Origin: Cetorhinus maximus
Lineage: Eukaryota
DNA: 64,000 nt
Direction: 5' to 3'
Assembly (NCBI RefSeq): GCF_964194155.1
Contig: NC_135887.1
Span: 21,204,001 to 21,268,000 of the forward strand
In this document: one piece after another, positions 38,700 through 52,836 of the stretch
Position numbering within the stretch: the stretch's first letter is position 1
Layout: the number at the start of each line of letters is the position of its first letter
The notes under the pieces: model-generated
What the model was told of the DNA's origin: nothing
Database searches by the model: none
Seen by the model: only the letters and a program-made list of their open reading frames with translations
Position numbers and translations under genes: made by a program

Positions 38700-39392
38700 C
38701 TGTAACAGACTGTTCTTAACCTTAGCATCCTTCCTGACCTTGAGATGAGCTTCTGAATACATATCTACTTCATTACCAAGATCACCAACTTCCACCTCAA
38801 TAATATCGCCTGTCTCCTACCCTGCCTCAGCTCATCTTCTGTTGATACCCTCATCCGTGCCTTGTTACCTCCAGACTTGACTATTCCAATGCTGCCTTGG
38901 TCAGTTTCCATTTTGCACTCCCCAGAAGTTTGAGTTCATCCAAAACTCTGCTGCCAGTCACACCAAGTCCAGTTCACTGATCACTCCTTGCTCGCTGGCA
39001 TTGGCTTCTGGTCTGCCAGCACTGCAATTTAAAAATTCTCATCCTTTTCAAATCCCTCCAGGGCCTCATTTCTCCATATCTTTGTAATCTCTGATGTTTT
39101 TGCAGTCCTCCAATTCTTGCTTCTTGGGCATCCATGATTTTAATCACTCCACCAATTGTGGCAGTGCCTTCAGCCGTTTCGAGTCTATCACGGGAATTTC
39201 CTCCTGAAACCAGCCCACCTCCCCAGCTCCCTATTCCCCTTAAAACTTACCTCTGGCTAAGTTTTTGGTCATCTGTCCCAATATCTTATGTAGCTAGGTG
39301 TCAAACTGTGTTTGACAATGTTCTTATGAAATACCATGGGATATTTTACCACTATAAGCACTAAGGCACTATATAAGTGCATGTTATTGTCA
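38700..39392 (+). mobile_element. L2 LINE 3' fragment
   Basis: Decayed LIRALVTSRLDYSNA / IQNSAA-type coding text and L2 tail gcactatataagtgcatgttattgt. Confidence 0.8.
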
Positions 39393-39544
39393 TCTCCTTG
39401 TGGACAATTTAGAATCAGAAGACGAATGTATCTTAGAATGGTGGCAGTAAGACACCCCTTCAAAACACGGTTTACGTAGCAAAATAATGCATATTGTGTT
39501 GCTGCATTTTGAATCTGTGTCAGTGAGTGGTTTAGCAGAGGAAA

Positions 39545-39690
39545 TTTTTAAAATTCATTTATGGGATGTGGGTGTTGCTGGCTAGGTCATCATTTATTGC
39601 CCATCCCTAATTGCCCTTGAGAAGGTGGTGGTGAGCTGCCTTCTTGAACTGCTGTAGCCCATGTGGTATAGGTACACCCATGGGTACACC
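39545..39690 (-). mobile_element. CR1 family B 3' tail
   Basis: attcatttatgggatgtgggtgttgctggctagg...catttattgcccatccctaattgcccttgagaaggtgg. Confidence 0.85.
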
Positions 39691-40239
39691 CAATTATAAT
39701 AAGCAGCAATGTTACTCTTTCTGATAATGAAGGAAGCTGCTTATATTCCCTGCTCCCACTCCTGTTATGTCTTCTGATCCTAGAGTTTGAAGGATTCTTT
39801 CAATGGGACTCAGTAGTTACAAGCATTTATTCATGTTTGCAATTTTAGTTGGTGCTCCAGACCCAAGACCTCTACTTTAATCTCCCTTTTTCTTCACTCT
39901 TGCACCTCTTGAATCCTTCCTTTCACCCAGTTACATCACATTTAACTTCTCCTCTGAATGTGTTCATTCTTATGTATCTGATCATAGCCAGAGTATCTCC
40001 ACCAATGTTTTCCCTTTACATCCCTGTTGCTTATCAGAGTGCCCATTTGACATGCTGACTGTGGAGCCCCAATTTCATCCAGTTAGCAGTAGGAGTACCA
40101 AAGCCATAGTCTTTGTTTAACTCCTTGCTGGCACAGAAATAGGCTTCTAGTGGCAGGGCTGTAGACCAAAGCGATTGTCTTCAGTCCCTGAAACAAACTG
40201 TACACCCTTACCACTGATTCCATTTCTTCCTGGCCACTG

Positions 40240-41060
40240 TCCATAGGAACATCGTATTTAGGCGCAGGAATAGGCCATTTGTCCCTTTGAGCCTGCTCCG
40301 CCATTCAATAGGATCATGGCTGATGTGGGTGTGGTCTCAATCCACTTTGTCTGTCCCCATAACCCTTGACTCTCGTCTATCAAAAATCTGTCTAACTCTG
40401 CCTTGAATACATTCAATGACTCCACTGCTCTCTGGGGAAGATAATTCCACATGTTCGTCACCCTCAGAAAAAAATTCTCATCTTAAAGGGAGACCTCTTG
40501 TTCGTAAACTGTGTCTCCTAGTCCCAGTCTCCCTGACAAGTGGAAGCATTCTCCCCATATGTACCCTATCAAGTCCCCTCAGGATCTTATATGTATCAAT
40601 AAGGTCACCTGTCATTCTTCTAAACTCCTATGGATATAGGCCCAACTTGGTCAACTTTTCTTCATAGGAATAAGCCCTTCATCCCAGGAATGAGTCGAGT
40701 GAACTTTCTCTGTATTGCTTCTACACAGTTATATCTTTTTTCAAATGAGGAGACCAAAACTCTGCAGTCTTCCAAATGTGGCCTCATCCTGTACAGCAAC
40801 AGTAAAACTTCTTTACTTTTATATTCCATTCTCTTTGCAATAAACGCCCTCACTCCATTTGCCTTCCTAATCACTTGCTGTACCTACATACTAACTTTTC
40901 CTGATTCATGTGCCAGGACACCCAGATCCCTCTGTACAATCTCTCTCCATTTAAATAGTATATTGTTTTTCTATTCTTGCTAGAAAAGTGGACAAATTCA
41001 CATTTTCCCACATTATACTCCATCTGCCAAATTTTGCCCACCCATTCAACCTGCCTATAT
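40240..41060 (-). mobile_element. CR1 family A 3' fragment
   Basis: IRKANG..FIAKRMEYKSKEVLLLLY..RPHLE; tail cctaaatacgatgttcctatg. Confidence 0.9.
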
Positions 41061-41310
41061 TGTTACGATCCCAGCTATTGTAAATACTGGACAAGTCAGA
41101 TCCCAGAGTGAAACCTGGCTTGATAGATCCTAACTTTTTTTTTGGAAGAAAACTGCTGAACAAATTAACAAGAGTCTGCTGATGAACTTTCAGGGCAGAA
41201 ATAAAATGTTTATTAAAACAAGTGAACTATATTACATCAGACAAAAAAAGTTGGAAATATACACACACAAACAAACCCAAAAGACCTGAAACCTTTTAGT
41301 GACAAGCCTA
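41061..41310. mobile_element. Probable LTR fragment
   Basis: Starts TGTTACGA abruptly inside CR1; truncated by the next element. Confidence 0.4.
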
Positions 41311-41314
41311 TCCA

Positions 41315-43855
41315 GGGGAGGTGGTGGCGTAGTGGTATTGTCGCTGGACTGGTAATCCAGAGACCCAGGGTAATGCTCTGTGGACTCGGGTTCGAATCAC
41401 ACCAGATGGTGAAATTTGAATAATAATCAGGAATTAAAAGTCTAATGATGACCATGAAACCATTGTTGATTGGCAGAATGCCCTTTAGGGAAGGTCTACA
41501 TGTAGCACTGAGGGTAGCAAGGGGGCAGAATGTACACTGGGTAGGGGAACTTCAATGTCCATCATCAGTAGCATCACTACAGGTTGATTCCTAAAAGACA
41601 TAGCCGCTAGTCTGCGGCAGGCAGTGAGGGAACCAACAAGAGGGAAAACCATATTTGACCTGCCTGCTGCAGAAGCATCTGTCCATGACAGTATTGGTAG
41701 GAGTGATCACCGCACTGTCGTTGTGGAGACGAAGTCCTGTCTTTACATTGAAGATACCCACTAAATGGGGTAGATTTCGAACAGATCGAGCAACTCAAGA
41801 CTGGGCATCCATGAGGCACTGTGGGCCATCTGCAGCAACAGAATTGTACTTGACCTCATGGCCTGGCATATCCCCCACTCTACCATTACCACCAAGCCAG
41901 GGGATCAACCCTGGTTTAATGAAGAGTGCAGGAGAGCATGCCAGGAGCAGCACCAGGCATACCTAAAAATGAGGTGTCAACCTGGTGAAGCTACAACCAA
42001 GGACGACTTGCATGCCAAACAGCATAAGCAGCAAGGGACAGAGAGCTAAGCAGTTCCAACGGCAACTGGTTGTGGACAATAAAACAACTCACTGGAGAAG
42101 AACACTCCACAAATATCCCCGTCCTCAAAATGGAGGAGTCCAGCACATGAGTGCAAAAGATAAGGCTGAAGCATTCGCAACAATCTTCAGCCAGCAGTGC
42201 CGAGTGGATGAGCCATCTTGGCATCCTCCGGAGGGCCCCAGTGTCACGGATATCAGTCTTCAGCCAATTTGATTCACACCATGTGATATCAAGAAACGGC
42301 TGAAGGCATAAAAAAAACCCATTCTGGATACTGCAAAGGCTATGGGCCCTGAAAATATTCCAGCAATAGACTTGTTCTCCATCCCTAGCCAAGCTGTTCC
42401 AGTACAGCCAAAGCATTGGCATCTACCCGGCAATGCGGAAAATTGCCCAGGTATGTCCTGTACACAAAAAGCAGGATAAATCCAACCCGGCCAATTACCA
42501 TCCCATCAGTCCACTCTCCATCATCAGTAAAGTGGTGGAAGGGGGTCATCAACAGTGCTATCAAGCAGCACTTTCTTAGCAATAACTTGCTCACTGGTGC
42601 TCAATTTGGGTTCCACCAGGGTCACTCAGCTTCTGACCTCTTCAGTCTTGATTCAAGCATGGACAAAAAAGCTGAACTCCAGAGGTGCGGTGAGTGTGAC
42701 TGCCCTTGACATCAAGGCCGCATTTGACTGAGTGTGGCATCAAGGACCCCTAGCAAAACTGGAGTCAATGGGGATCGGGGGAAAGCTCTTCACTTGTTGG
42801 AGTCATACCTAGCACAAAGGAAGATGGCTGTGGTTGTTGGAGGTCAATCATCTCAGTTTCAGGACCTCACTGCAGGAGTTCCTCAGGGTCGTGCGCTTGG
42901 CCCAACCATTTTCAGCTGCTTCATCAATGAGCATCCTTCCATCATAAGGTGAGAAGTGGACATGTTCGCTGATGATTGCACATATGTTCAGCACCATTTG
43001 TGACTCCTCAGATGCTGAAGCAGTCCATGTCCAAATGCAGCAAGCCTTGAACAATATCCAGGCTTGGGCTGACAAGTGGCAAGTAACATTTGCACCACAC
43101 AAGTGCCAGGCAATGACCATTTCCAACAAGAGAGAATCCAACCATCGCCCCCTTGTCATTCAATGGCATCACCATTGCTGAATCCCCCACTATCAACACC
43201 TGGGGGGCTACCATTGACCAGAGACTGAACTGGACTAGTCATATAAGCTACAAGAGCAGGTCAGAGGCTAGGAATCCTGCAGCGAGTAACTCACCACCTG
43301 ACTCCCCAAAGCCAGTCCACCACCTACAAGGCACACGTTATGAATGTGATGAAATACTCTCCACTTGCCTGGATGAATGCAGCTCCAACAGCACTCAAGA
43401 AGCTTGACACCATTCAGGACAAAGCAGCCCGTTTGATTGGCACCCCTTCCACAAACATTCACTCCCACCGCCACCGCTGAACAGTGGCAGCAGTGTGTAT
43501 CATCTACAAGATGCACTGCAGAAACTCACCATGGCTGCTTAGACAGTACTTTCCAAACCCATCACCACTACCATCTAGGACAAAGGCTACAGAAACATGG
43601 GAATACCACCACCTGAAAATTACCCTCCAAGCCTCTCGCTATCTTGACTTGGAAATATATCACCGTTCCTTCACTGTCGCTGGGTCAAAATCCTGGTACC
43701 CTCTCCCTAACAGCACTGTGGGTGTACCTACACCACAGGGACTGCAGTGGTTCAAGAAGGCAGCTCACTACCAACTTCTCAAGGGCAATTCAGGATAGGC
43801 AATAAATGCTGGCCTCGCTAGCGACACCCACATTCTGTAAATGAATTTTTTAAAA
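41315..43855 (+). mobile_element. tRNA-derived SINE head joined to CR1 family B ORF2 (endonuclease end, RT, 3' tail)
   Basis: A box TGGCGTAGTGG and B box GGTTCGAATC at 41322-41398; then KPGDQPWFNEECRRA, GVPQG..LGPTIFSCFIN, MFADD, AWADKWQVTFAPHKC; tail aataaatgctggcctcgctagcgacacccacat. Confidence 0.88.
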
Positions 43856-43857
43856 AT

Positions 43858-46240
43858 TCAGGTTTAAAGCACTAGTCTTAGACCCACCCATCACTCCTTT
43901 AAACTGAAGATGAATTTCTATCATGTGATGATTGCTGCTCCTAAAGGCTCCTACCATGAAGTTATTGATTAATCCTGCCTCATTGCTCACTACCAGGTTT
44001 AGAATAGCTGCTCCCTGGTTGGCTGTAGAATGTACTGCTCTAAGAAATTGTCCTGCATACACTGTATGAACTCATTTTCCAGGCTACCTTTGCCAATCTG
44101 ATTTGTCCAATCTACATATGAATTTAAGTCACCCATGATTATTGTGGTACCTTTCTTACACACCCCATTTATTTCTTCCTTTATACCCTGTCCTATATTG
44201 TAGCTATTGTTAGGGGGCCTATAAATTATCCCCACAAGTAACCTCTTTACCTTTCCTATTTCTTAGCTGTACCCAAACTGATTGTACATCTTGCTTTTTC
44301 AAGCTAAGGTCATCTTTCACTACTGTACTAATGACATCCTTAATTAACAGAGCTACCCACCGTGTTTTCCTAGCTTCCTATCATTTCAAGATGTCAAAAA
44401 TCCTTCAAAATTCAGGTCCCAGCCTTGGTCACCCTGCAACCATTTCTCCGTGATGGCTATCCAGTCATACATATTAATCGCTACCTGTGCTAACAATTCA
44501 TCAATTTTGTTACGAATGTTACGCTTATTCAGATACAGAGCCTTTAACTCTGTCTTTTACCATTTTTTCAATCTCTGGCCCTATCAGCTTGCACATTCCT
44601 ACGTTTGTGCTTTCTGTCCCTTCCACACTCTGGTTATCTTTACCCAATCACCACCCTGCTCCAGTAACTCGGTGTTACCCTTTGATTTACTACATCTCCT
44701 CCCACGATCCTTTCCCCCACCATTTAATTTAAAACCCTCTCTAGTTTCTCACTCACCAGAACACTGGTCCCAGTACAGTTCAGGTGAAGCCTACCCCAGT
44801 GGTACAGCTCTCACTTTCCCCAGTACGGGTGCCAGTGCTCATGAATCAAAGCCTGCTTCTCCCACATCAGCCTTTGAGTCATGCATTCATCTCTAATCTT
44901 GTTTACCCTCTGTCAATTTGTTCGAGTTTCTACATTTTAATTTAGCCCCTAGCTGCTCATAATCCCTATGCAGAATCTTTTTCATAGTCCTACCTATGTT
45001 ATTGGTATCAACATGAACTACGACAACTGGATCCTCTCCCTCCCACTGCAAGTTCCTCTCCGGCCCCGAGTAGATGTCATGAACCGTGGCACCGGGCAGG
45101 CAACACAGCCATTTGGACTCATGCTCTCAGCTGCAGAGAACTGTGTCAATCCTCCTGTATATACTATCGCCTACTTCCACTACATTCCTATTAACTCTTC
45201 CCCACGCGAATGGCTTCCGGTACCACATTGCCATGATCAGTGTGTTCATCCATCCTGCAGCCTCGGCTTTCGTCCCCATAAGCTGCAAGAACCTCGAACC
45301 TATTGGACAATTGCAAGAGCTGAGGCTCCTCCACTACTGCCTTCTCGATCTCCTTACCTGCCTCACTGGCAGTCACACTCTCCTGTTCCTGACCACTGAC
45401 CAAATCAGAAGACTGTAGCCTAAGGGGTATGACCACCTCCTGGAATAAAATGTCCAGGTAACTTTCCCCCTCCCTGATGCATCACAGTGCCTGCAGCTTG
45501 GCCCAATGATTCTGAGCCAAAGCTGCTGACAGTTACTGCAAACATGTTTGCCCAGGATCACACGGGTCCAGAAGTCCCATGTTCTGCATTCGCAACACAT
45601 CACCTGCCCTGCCATCTTTATTATGTGTTAATTAATTTATTATTTTCTTAATTAAATTATAATTAGTAAACCTAGCTATTCCCAATGAGCTTTACTTCTG
45701 CTAGTAAACCTTAAAATTGCCAATGAAACCTTGCAATTACTAATTAATTATACTAGTTTTAAAAGATAAATTAGCAAAATACTCACCAACCACTTACCTG
45801 TTTCCCTCCTCCCTCACTGCACCAAGTCCCCTCACTTACCAAATTCCTTTGTTCATACTGTATGACTAGCTGTGCTCCTTTGTGATCTACTGTCTTCATG
45901 CTTGCTTACTTTGTACGCTTAGCAAGACCACCTATATTTATACTAGCTGAAATTCTACAGAGATGAGCCAGCACTGCTGGCTAGAGAAACTAGTTCAAAC
46001 TAGCTACCTAATTAACTAACTGCAGCTGCCCCTCCTGTAGGGAGCTTGTTTATCCCTGACTAAGTCTGAAGGAAACTTAACTTCAACAGTAAATTGTTGT
46101 TAAATTCTGAATGCAAACTAGACTAGATTTTAGAAAGAGATTAGTCCTTAAATGTAACCCTTAAAATTCCTTCACTCATCAAATTCCCAACTTCTCACAC
46201 TGTAATTAGCTGCACTCAGTAATGAGCTGCTGTCTTTGTG
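43858..46240 (-). mobile_element. CR1 5' half: 5' UTR, ORF1 (zinc finger + esterase) and ORF2 endonuclease
   Basis: MAGQVMCCECRTW..HVCSNC, LQLSNRFEVL, IYRPPN..IIMGDLN..DW; probably the same insertion as 40240-41060 with the RT middle lost. Confidence 0.85.
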
Positions 46241-47200
46241 CTTGCTCTGGGTTCACCAGATCGTTTGCACACTTGGCATCCTATTTGATCCCATGCTGAG
46301 CTTCCATCACAAAGACCACCTCCATAACATATCTCACTCCCATCCCTACCTCAGCCCATCCACCGATGAAATCTTCATCTATTTCTTTGTTTCCCACAAT
46401 TAGCAAATGGTCAAATTGACAGAATATGACTATTTTTTAACTAGGAATGACAGCTGTCCAAGAGCTGCTGATTTGTCAGATATTCAACCTGCATACTCAG
46501 TTAATTATTATAGCATGTTGATCTTGTGAAGCGACAGCATTGCAATGGAACTGCAAATTACCAAGATTTAGAATTACACTCATGGCTCAAACTGAAGCTA
46601 AATCACCTTCCTTATTTTCTAACTTGATACTAGAAACCACTATGAATTTAACAATGCTTTAATAATCAATAGTTGTACTTCGTTAGTACTGAATTTTTTT
46701 AAGGGTAATCTTTATGCTTGGAGTTTCAGGTGTGTAGCTCTTGGAGTTCAAAATAGAAAATCAGTGCATTTGGTAGCACACTGTAGTTTATTGCAAATAA
46801 ACATATTTTTCGTATTTATTTTCATTTTTGGGGGAGAAAATAATGTTATTCAGTGCTGACACAAATAATTTTTAGTTCATTTTTCTTCAAGGATTAATGA
46901 GATGATTCGTTTTAAAGAAAACCAGTTAAGATGTCATTGATGCATTTATGTAAGTGCAATCAGTGTTGCAATTTTGACCAGTGCAACGAAAACTGCAGTG
47001 ACATGCAGTATGAAATGCAGTGACATTTTCCAGTTTGTAGCTGGCATTTACTGTTGCAGTGGTTACTTGAGGTGGAGAAAGATGGCTCTTGGTGATTACT
47101 CAATCTCAATGTCAAGTTCAACAAGTCCTTTACAAAAGATTAATACTCATGGGTTTTCAATACCTCTCTATCATCATTGCCAAACGGCATAGTAAACATA

Positions 47201-47895
47201 GGGCAGGATCTTCCAATCAGTGGGCGGGACCCACTCGCCAATACGTAAAATAATGACGGGGGGTTGGGGGGGGGGGGACTCCTGACGTCACCCGCGTCAT
47301 TTCCATTTTCAGGTTGGCGGGGGCACAGCCAAATTAGACCTGTCAACGACCTATTGAGGCCATTGAAAAACGAATTAAGGTCATTAATGGACCTGCCTAT
47401 CCAACCTTAAGGTTGGCGGGCAGGCCGGGAGCCCTGGCGGGCTTCGGGAAAAGCATAAAACCTCATTCACGGGTGGAATGAGGTTTCATGAGGGTATTTA
47501 AATTTTCAAGAAATGTTTCAATAAAACTTATGGACATGTCCCAACTCATGTGACAGTGTCACATGAGGGGACATGGCAGAGAAAATTTTTAAACATGTTT
47601 GATAAACGTTTTAAATCGGAGCTGATCTCCCTGAGGCAGCACTTAGCCTCAAGGAGATCTGTGCGCTCTTTTGCGTGCATGCGCGAAAGAGCGCACTCCC
47701 AGCTGAGGGATTCCCCCCCCCCCCCCCGCCCACACAGGGAGCGCATCGCGCTTCCTGGAGGATGCCATGCTGGGCGGGCCTTAATTGGCCTGTCCACGTA
47801 AAATGGCGGCATGTTCGCGACCAGGGACGTCGATTGGAGGTGTGCTCGCTCCTGCACTCCCCCCCCACCCCTAACGGGAGGGGGGAATTTTCCCC
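47201..47895 (+). mobile_element. Family H non-autonomous DNA element, copy C
   Basis: GGGCAGGATCTT...GAATTTTCCCC with 3-bp duplication ATA; colinear with 8513-9220. Confidence 0.8.
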
Positions 47896-48439
47896 ATAAT
47901 TTGCTTTGACATACTGCAACATGTGTCAAGCTTGAAGTCAAGGACTGGAATTATTGTGATATTCGTTGTCTTGTTCATCATCGTCGTGTATTGTCCTTTA
48001 GCTGACATTGTTCAGGAGCATTTTGCAACAATTGTGCTTGATCTGAGGGAGTTTCTCTTTTGTTTGAATCGGTACTGTCAAGCAGTTTCCATAGTCACAC
48101 TTGTGGTGTCAGATTCTACCCCAAAGTTGATTATATTGCATTCATTATCACAGCTCATATGGTATGGATTTGTGTCACACCCGGCATATAACTGTAGTTA
48201 TTCAGTGTTGGTTAAGTGCAACAGCTGATTCAGTGCTGCATACACTGTCATAATCTGTGGGTCAGAGTAAAGATCTAAAGAAATCTTGCCGGTATTTACT
48301 TGACAGACATAGTTTTGGTTGAATGCACAATAAAAATGTTAGTTCATCTTTCTTAATGATAAAGTACTGGTTAATTTTATCCATTGCTAATTACATATAA
48401 ATATGTATTATATTCCCTCTAGCACTGTAAGCTTATTTC

Positions 48440-51400
48440 CCTTAAGTGGCCACTCAATTTCATTTTGAAATCATTCATCGTCTCTGGTTCCACCACCCTT
48501 GTAGGCAGTGTTTCAGGTCATTCCCACTCGTGCGTAGTTCATCATATCCCCCATTTCTCTTGCCCAAAACTTTAAATTTGTATCCCTTAGTCCTTGTGCC
48601 GTCAGGATGAGAGCAACTTTTCTTTGTCTACTTTATCTACACCGGTCATAATTTTGTATACATCTATCAAATCTCCCCTCAATCTCCTTTGCCCCAAGGA
48701 GAACAGCCCCAGTTTCTCCAACCTAGCCTGATAATACATTATAGTACCGATGGAGCATTGCACAGTCAGTCTTTTGGGTGAGACGTTGAAATGAGGCCCC
48801 ATCTGCCAGCTTGTGTGGATGTAAAAGATCCCATGGCACTATTTCAAAGAAGAGCGGGGTGTCCTGCCTAATATTTATCTCTCAATTAATATCACAAAAG
48901 ACAGATTATCTGGTCATTGCCACATTACTGTTTGTGGGAGTTTGATGAGCTGCATTTCCTAGGCTGCAAGTGACTCCACTTCAAAAAGTATTCATTGGCT
49001 GTAAAATGCTTTGAGACGTGGTTGTGAAAAACGCTGTATAAATGCAATTCTTTCTCTCTTGCTTACTTTCTTGCTTTCATTCTTTCTAACCTTATAGCTA
49101 AAATCCCTCATCCTGAAAACATTCTGGTAAATCTCTGCACCTTCTCAAGGACCCTCATCTTTCCTAAAATGTGGTGACCAGAACTGGATGCGATACTCTA
49201 GTTGTGGCCTCACTAAAGTTTTATAAAAGTTCAGCATAACTTCCCTATTTTTGTACTCAATGCCTCTATTTATGAAGCACAAGATCCCATATACTTTGCT
49301 AACCACTCTCTCAATATGTCCTGCAACCTTCAAAGATCCACACACATGTACCCACAGGTCCCTCTGTGCCTACACACTCTTTAGAACTGTGATATTAAGT
49401 CTATATTGCCTCTCACTATCCCTACTGCCAAAATTTATCACCTCGCTTCTATGTATTAAATTCCATCTAACATTTGTCTGCCCATTCTCCTAGCATGTCT
49501 GTGTCCTGTTGCAATCGATTAGCATCATACTCTCTGTCTGCCACACCTCCAAGTTTGGTATCATTGGCAGCTTTTGAAATTTTACTCTGTATTCAAATAT
49601 TCAAATCGTTTATAATATATCAAAAAAAGCAATGGTCCTCGCACTGAATCTTGGGGAACATCACTGTCTACTATGCTCCAGTCTAAAAAACAACCATTTA
49701 CTATGACTCGCTGTTTTCTGTCCTTAAGCCAACTTTTTTATCCACTGATCCTCCTTTTCCATGAGTCTCAGTTTTGTTAACCAGCTTTTTATGTGGTACT
49801 TGACAAATGCTTTTTTAAAATCCATGCATAAAATCCATACAACATACCTTACTTTCCGTCATCAACCTTCTCTGTTACTTCATTGAGTAATTCAGTTACA
49901 TTCGTCAAGTTTGATCTGCCTTTTACAAACCAATGCTGGCTATCCTTCATTCACTCAAACCTCACCAAGCCCCAGTTGATTTTTTTTCCTGATTATTTTT
50001 TCTAAAGCCTTACTCTGTACTGATTTTAAATTGACCAGTCTGTAGGACTGTCCTTATACCCTTTCTTGAATAAGGGTTTAACATTTGCCACTCTCCAATC
50101 CTCTGACACCTCCCCAGCATCTAGGGAAGATTGGAAGATTATAGCTAGCCCTTTCACTCCCTCCACACTCACTTCCTTTAGCAACCTGGGTTGCAAGCCA
50201 TCAAGACCAGGTGACGTAACCACTGTAAGCATAACCAGCCTTTCCAAAACATCCTTCCTAACAATTTTCACCCCATCCATCTCTGCTTCTACTAATATTT
50301 TGTCAACATCCCCTTCCTTCGTAACCACTGATACAAAGTACTCATTAAATGTCCTAGTCTTGCCCTATGCCTCTAAGCATAAATCACCCTTTTTGCCCCT
50401 AATAGGACCCACCCCAACTCTCCCTGCTTACTATTTACGTATTGGTAGAAGATTTTTCAGTTGCCTTTTATATTAACTGCCATTCTATTCCCATATTCTC
50501 TCTTTCAAGCCTTCTTTTCTTGTTCACTTCTCCTCTCAACCTGTTGTATTTGGCCTGCTTCTCACCTGAAGAATTCACCTAACATGCATTACACGCCCTC
50601 TTTGTTTCCTTTTAAATCATATTCTCTACCTCCCTCATCATCCAAGGGGCCCTGGTTTTGGTTCCCTTACCTTTTTCCCTTGTTGGAATGTACCTAGCCT
50701 GTAACTGAAGCATCTCCTCCATAAAGATCACCCATTGTTCCGTTACAGTTTTCCTGTCAATCTTTGGTTAGATCCCCTCTCATCCCATTGAAGTTGAGCA
50801 TCTTCCAATTTAGAAGTTCTACGCTAGATTGTTCCTTGCTTTTCTCTGTTACTAATCCAAACCTTATGATACAATGATCTTTCTTACCCAAGTTTTCCCC
50901 CGGAGATGTTTGGTCTACCTGATCCACCTAACCAACCTCATTCCCCAGCACCAGATCCAGCAATGCCTTCATCCTAGTTGGAAGAAGAACATTTGGTCAA
51001 AGAATTTCTTCTGCATGCATTTCATAAATTCATCCTCCTCCTTTCCCTTTACTCTAACACTACCCCAGTCGATAATTGGATAATTAATGTACTTCAGTAT
51101 CACTACCCTATAGTTCTTGCACATTTCTGTAATTTCCTTGCAGAGATGCTCCTCATATCTCTCTCTATTTAGAATCCTATAGAGTACTCCAAGAAGCATG
51201 ATCCTATCCTTTTTGCTTCTCAACTCCAACCAAATGGATTCTGTCTTTGTCCCCTCAAGGGCATCCTCTCTTCCCAACATTGCAATGTTTTCCGTAATCA
51301 GTATTGCCACCCTGTCTCCCTTTTTTATCCTTCCCTATCTTTACTGAACACTTTTTATCAAAGCTTTTTTGAACACTTTGCATTCCTGAATATTAAGCAC

Positions 51401-51500
51401 CCATTCCTTACCATTTTTAAGTCATGTTTTCATTATTGCCTCTGCATCATGTTCCCCCATGGCTAGATGTGGTTGTAGCTCACCAACCGTACTCACCACA
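48440..51500 (-). mobile_element. Degenerate CR1 ORF2 (endonuclease to 3' end)
   Basis: ESIWLELR..GVLYR, SPGLDGLQPRLLKE, EDWRVANVKPLFKKG, LVRPQLEYRIQFWSPH, RRLRGDLI. Confidence 0.9.
48735..49060 (+). mobile_element. DeuSINE-like SINE (5' truncated) inserted in CR1
   Basis: gtggatgtaaaagatcccatggcactatttcaaagaagagc; tail cgctgtataaatgcaattctttc. Confidence 0.85.
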
Positions 51501-51761
51501 CTATTATATATATAGGCAGACAACAAATAAAAAATTAGGCTGATGATTGCTTAAGATTTGGAATAAACAAATATACTGCTTTTTCAGTTGTTATGCCACA
51601 AATCACTATACATAAAATAGTCAACATTTCACACTGAGAAGAATTTGTTGTCCAAAACCTGTATAGCCTCTTTTACTGCTTTAAAGGTGTCATTTCTTAT
51701 TAATTATATTGTTAAGATTTAATGGCAGTTACATGGTTAAACAGGTGATGGGTAATAGTAC

Positions 51762-52666
51762 TGTTATGACGTGGCAGATGATGTGTGCCAGGCGGACCAA
51801 ATCCACAAGGGAAACTTGGTCGCGCTATCACAGCAGTTTTGTAATTTGTATTTATTACGAGATGTGTGCACTGAATTCAGAAGTAATGAGTCCGCCAAGA
51901 CCTTTGGAGATTTTAAAAATTAAATCAAAATATTTATTAACAAAATAAAAGATTTCGACCGCATACATAAGACTACAATTACTTATTGCTGTAACAAATC
52001 CTAAAATTCCTAATTGACCTGACTCCCAGTTACACACCCTTTTTAAGGCAACGGTCCAAAATAGGTTTTAGATTTAAACAAACCCAGCAAGTTAACACAG
52101 TGGAATTCGAAATGTTTTTTCTTCATCTTCAGTTACTTTACATAACAGCTGGAGGCTTCTTGAAGGTTGTTTCACACACTCCTGTTAAATCTTACATGGC
52201 CTTTTCTCACATAGCCTTTCATTCTCCTTTATATATGTTTCTCCCTGTTTGATATGTAAATTCTATTGTTCCATATGTCTTTGAAACTGTATCTTCCTCA
52301 TAATATAAAAACTTTCATGCTGCCAATGTTGGCAGTAACCTTTGGGAAAAATAAACATTCCTTAGCCTTGCTTATCTGGCTAGTTGTAAACAGACTAACC
52401 TGCCTTTGAAGTCCAACAATCTCTTCTTTTATCTAAAAATCCAAATTCCCTTGACATCTTACATGCTAAGCCAGCATCCATGTTTACTCATTAGCATATC
52501 AAGCACATTTCTACACCTAGCTTCCTTTGATGATTTCAAAAAAAGCTTGCATTCTATTTGACTCCAAATGTAATTAAATCACATAGGCCCAACTATAATC
52601 ATACCCATAAACCTACTTCTCAATAAACTAGAAAAATATTATGAAAATTATTGTACTTTCGTCACA
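51762..52666 (-). mobile_element. Solo LTR (family L, copy 3, diverged)
   Basis: TGTTATG...CGTCACA termini, flanks GTAC/GTGC; colinear with 10500-11275. Confidence 0.75.
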
Positions 52667-52836
52667 GTGCACCTATAAATGGGGATAGCTGGCACACTGG
52701 TGGGGGTAGAGTAGTGTTGTTTGTGAACTAAGTCAATAATCTTTCCAGCAAAGAAAGCTGCTGTGTCTTAGTTTTAACTTTAACCAGCGTGGATCCAGTT
52801 AAAAACAGGGATCAAAATTTCACTAAGCAACTGCAT

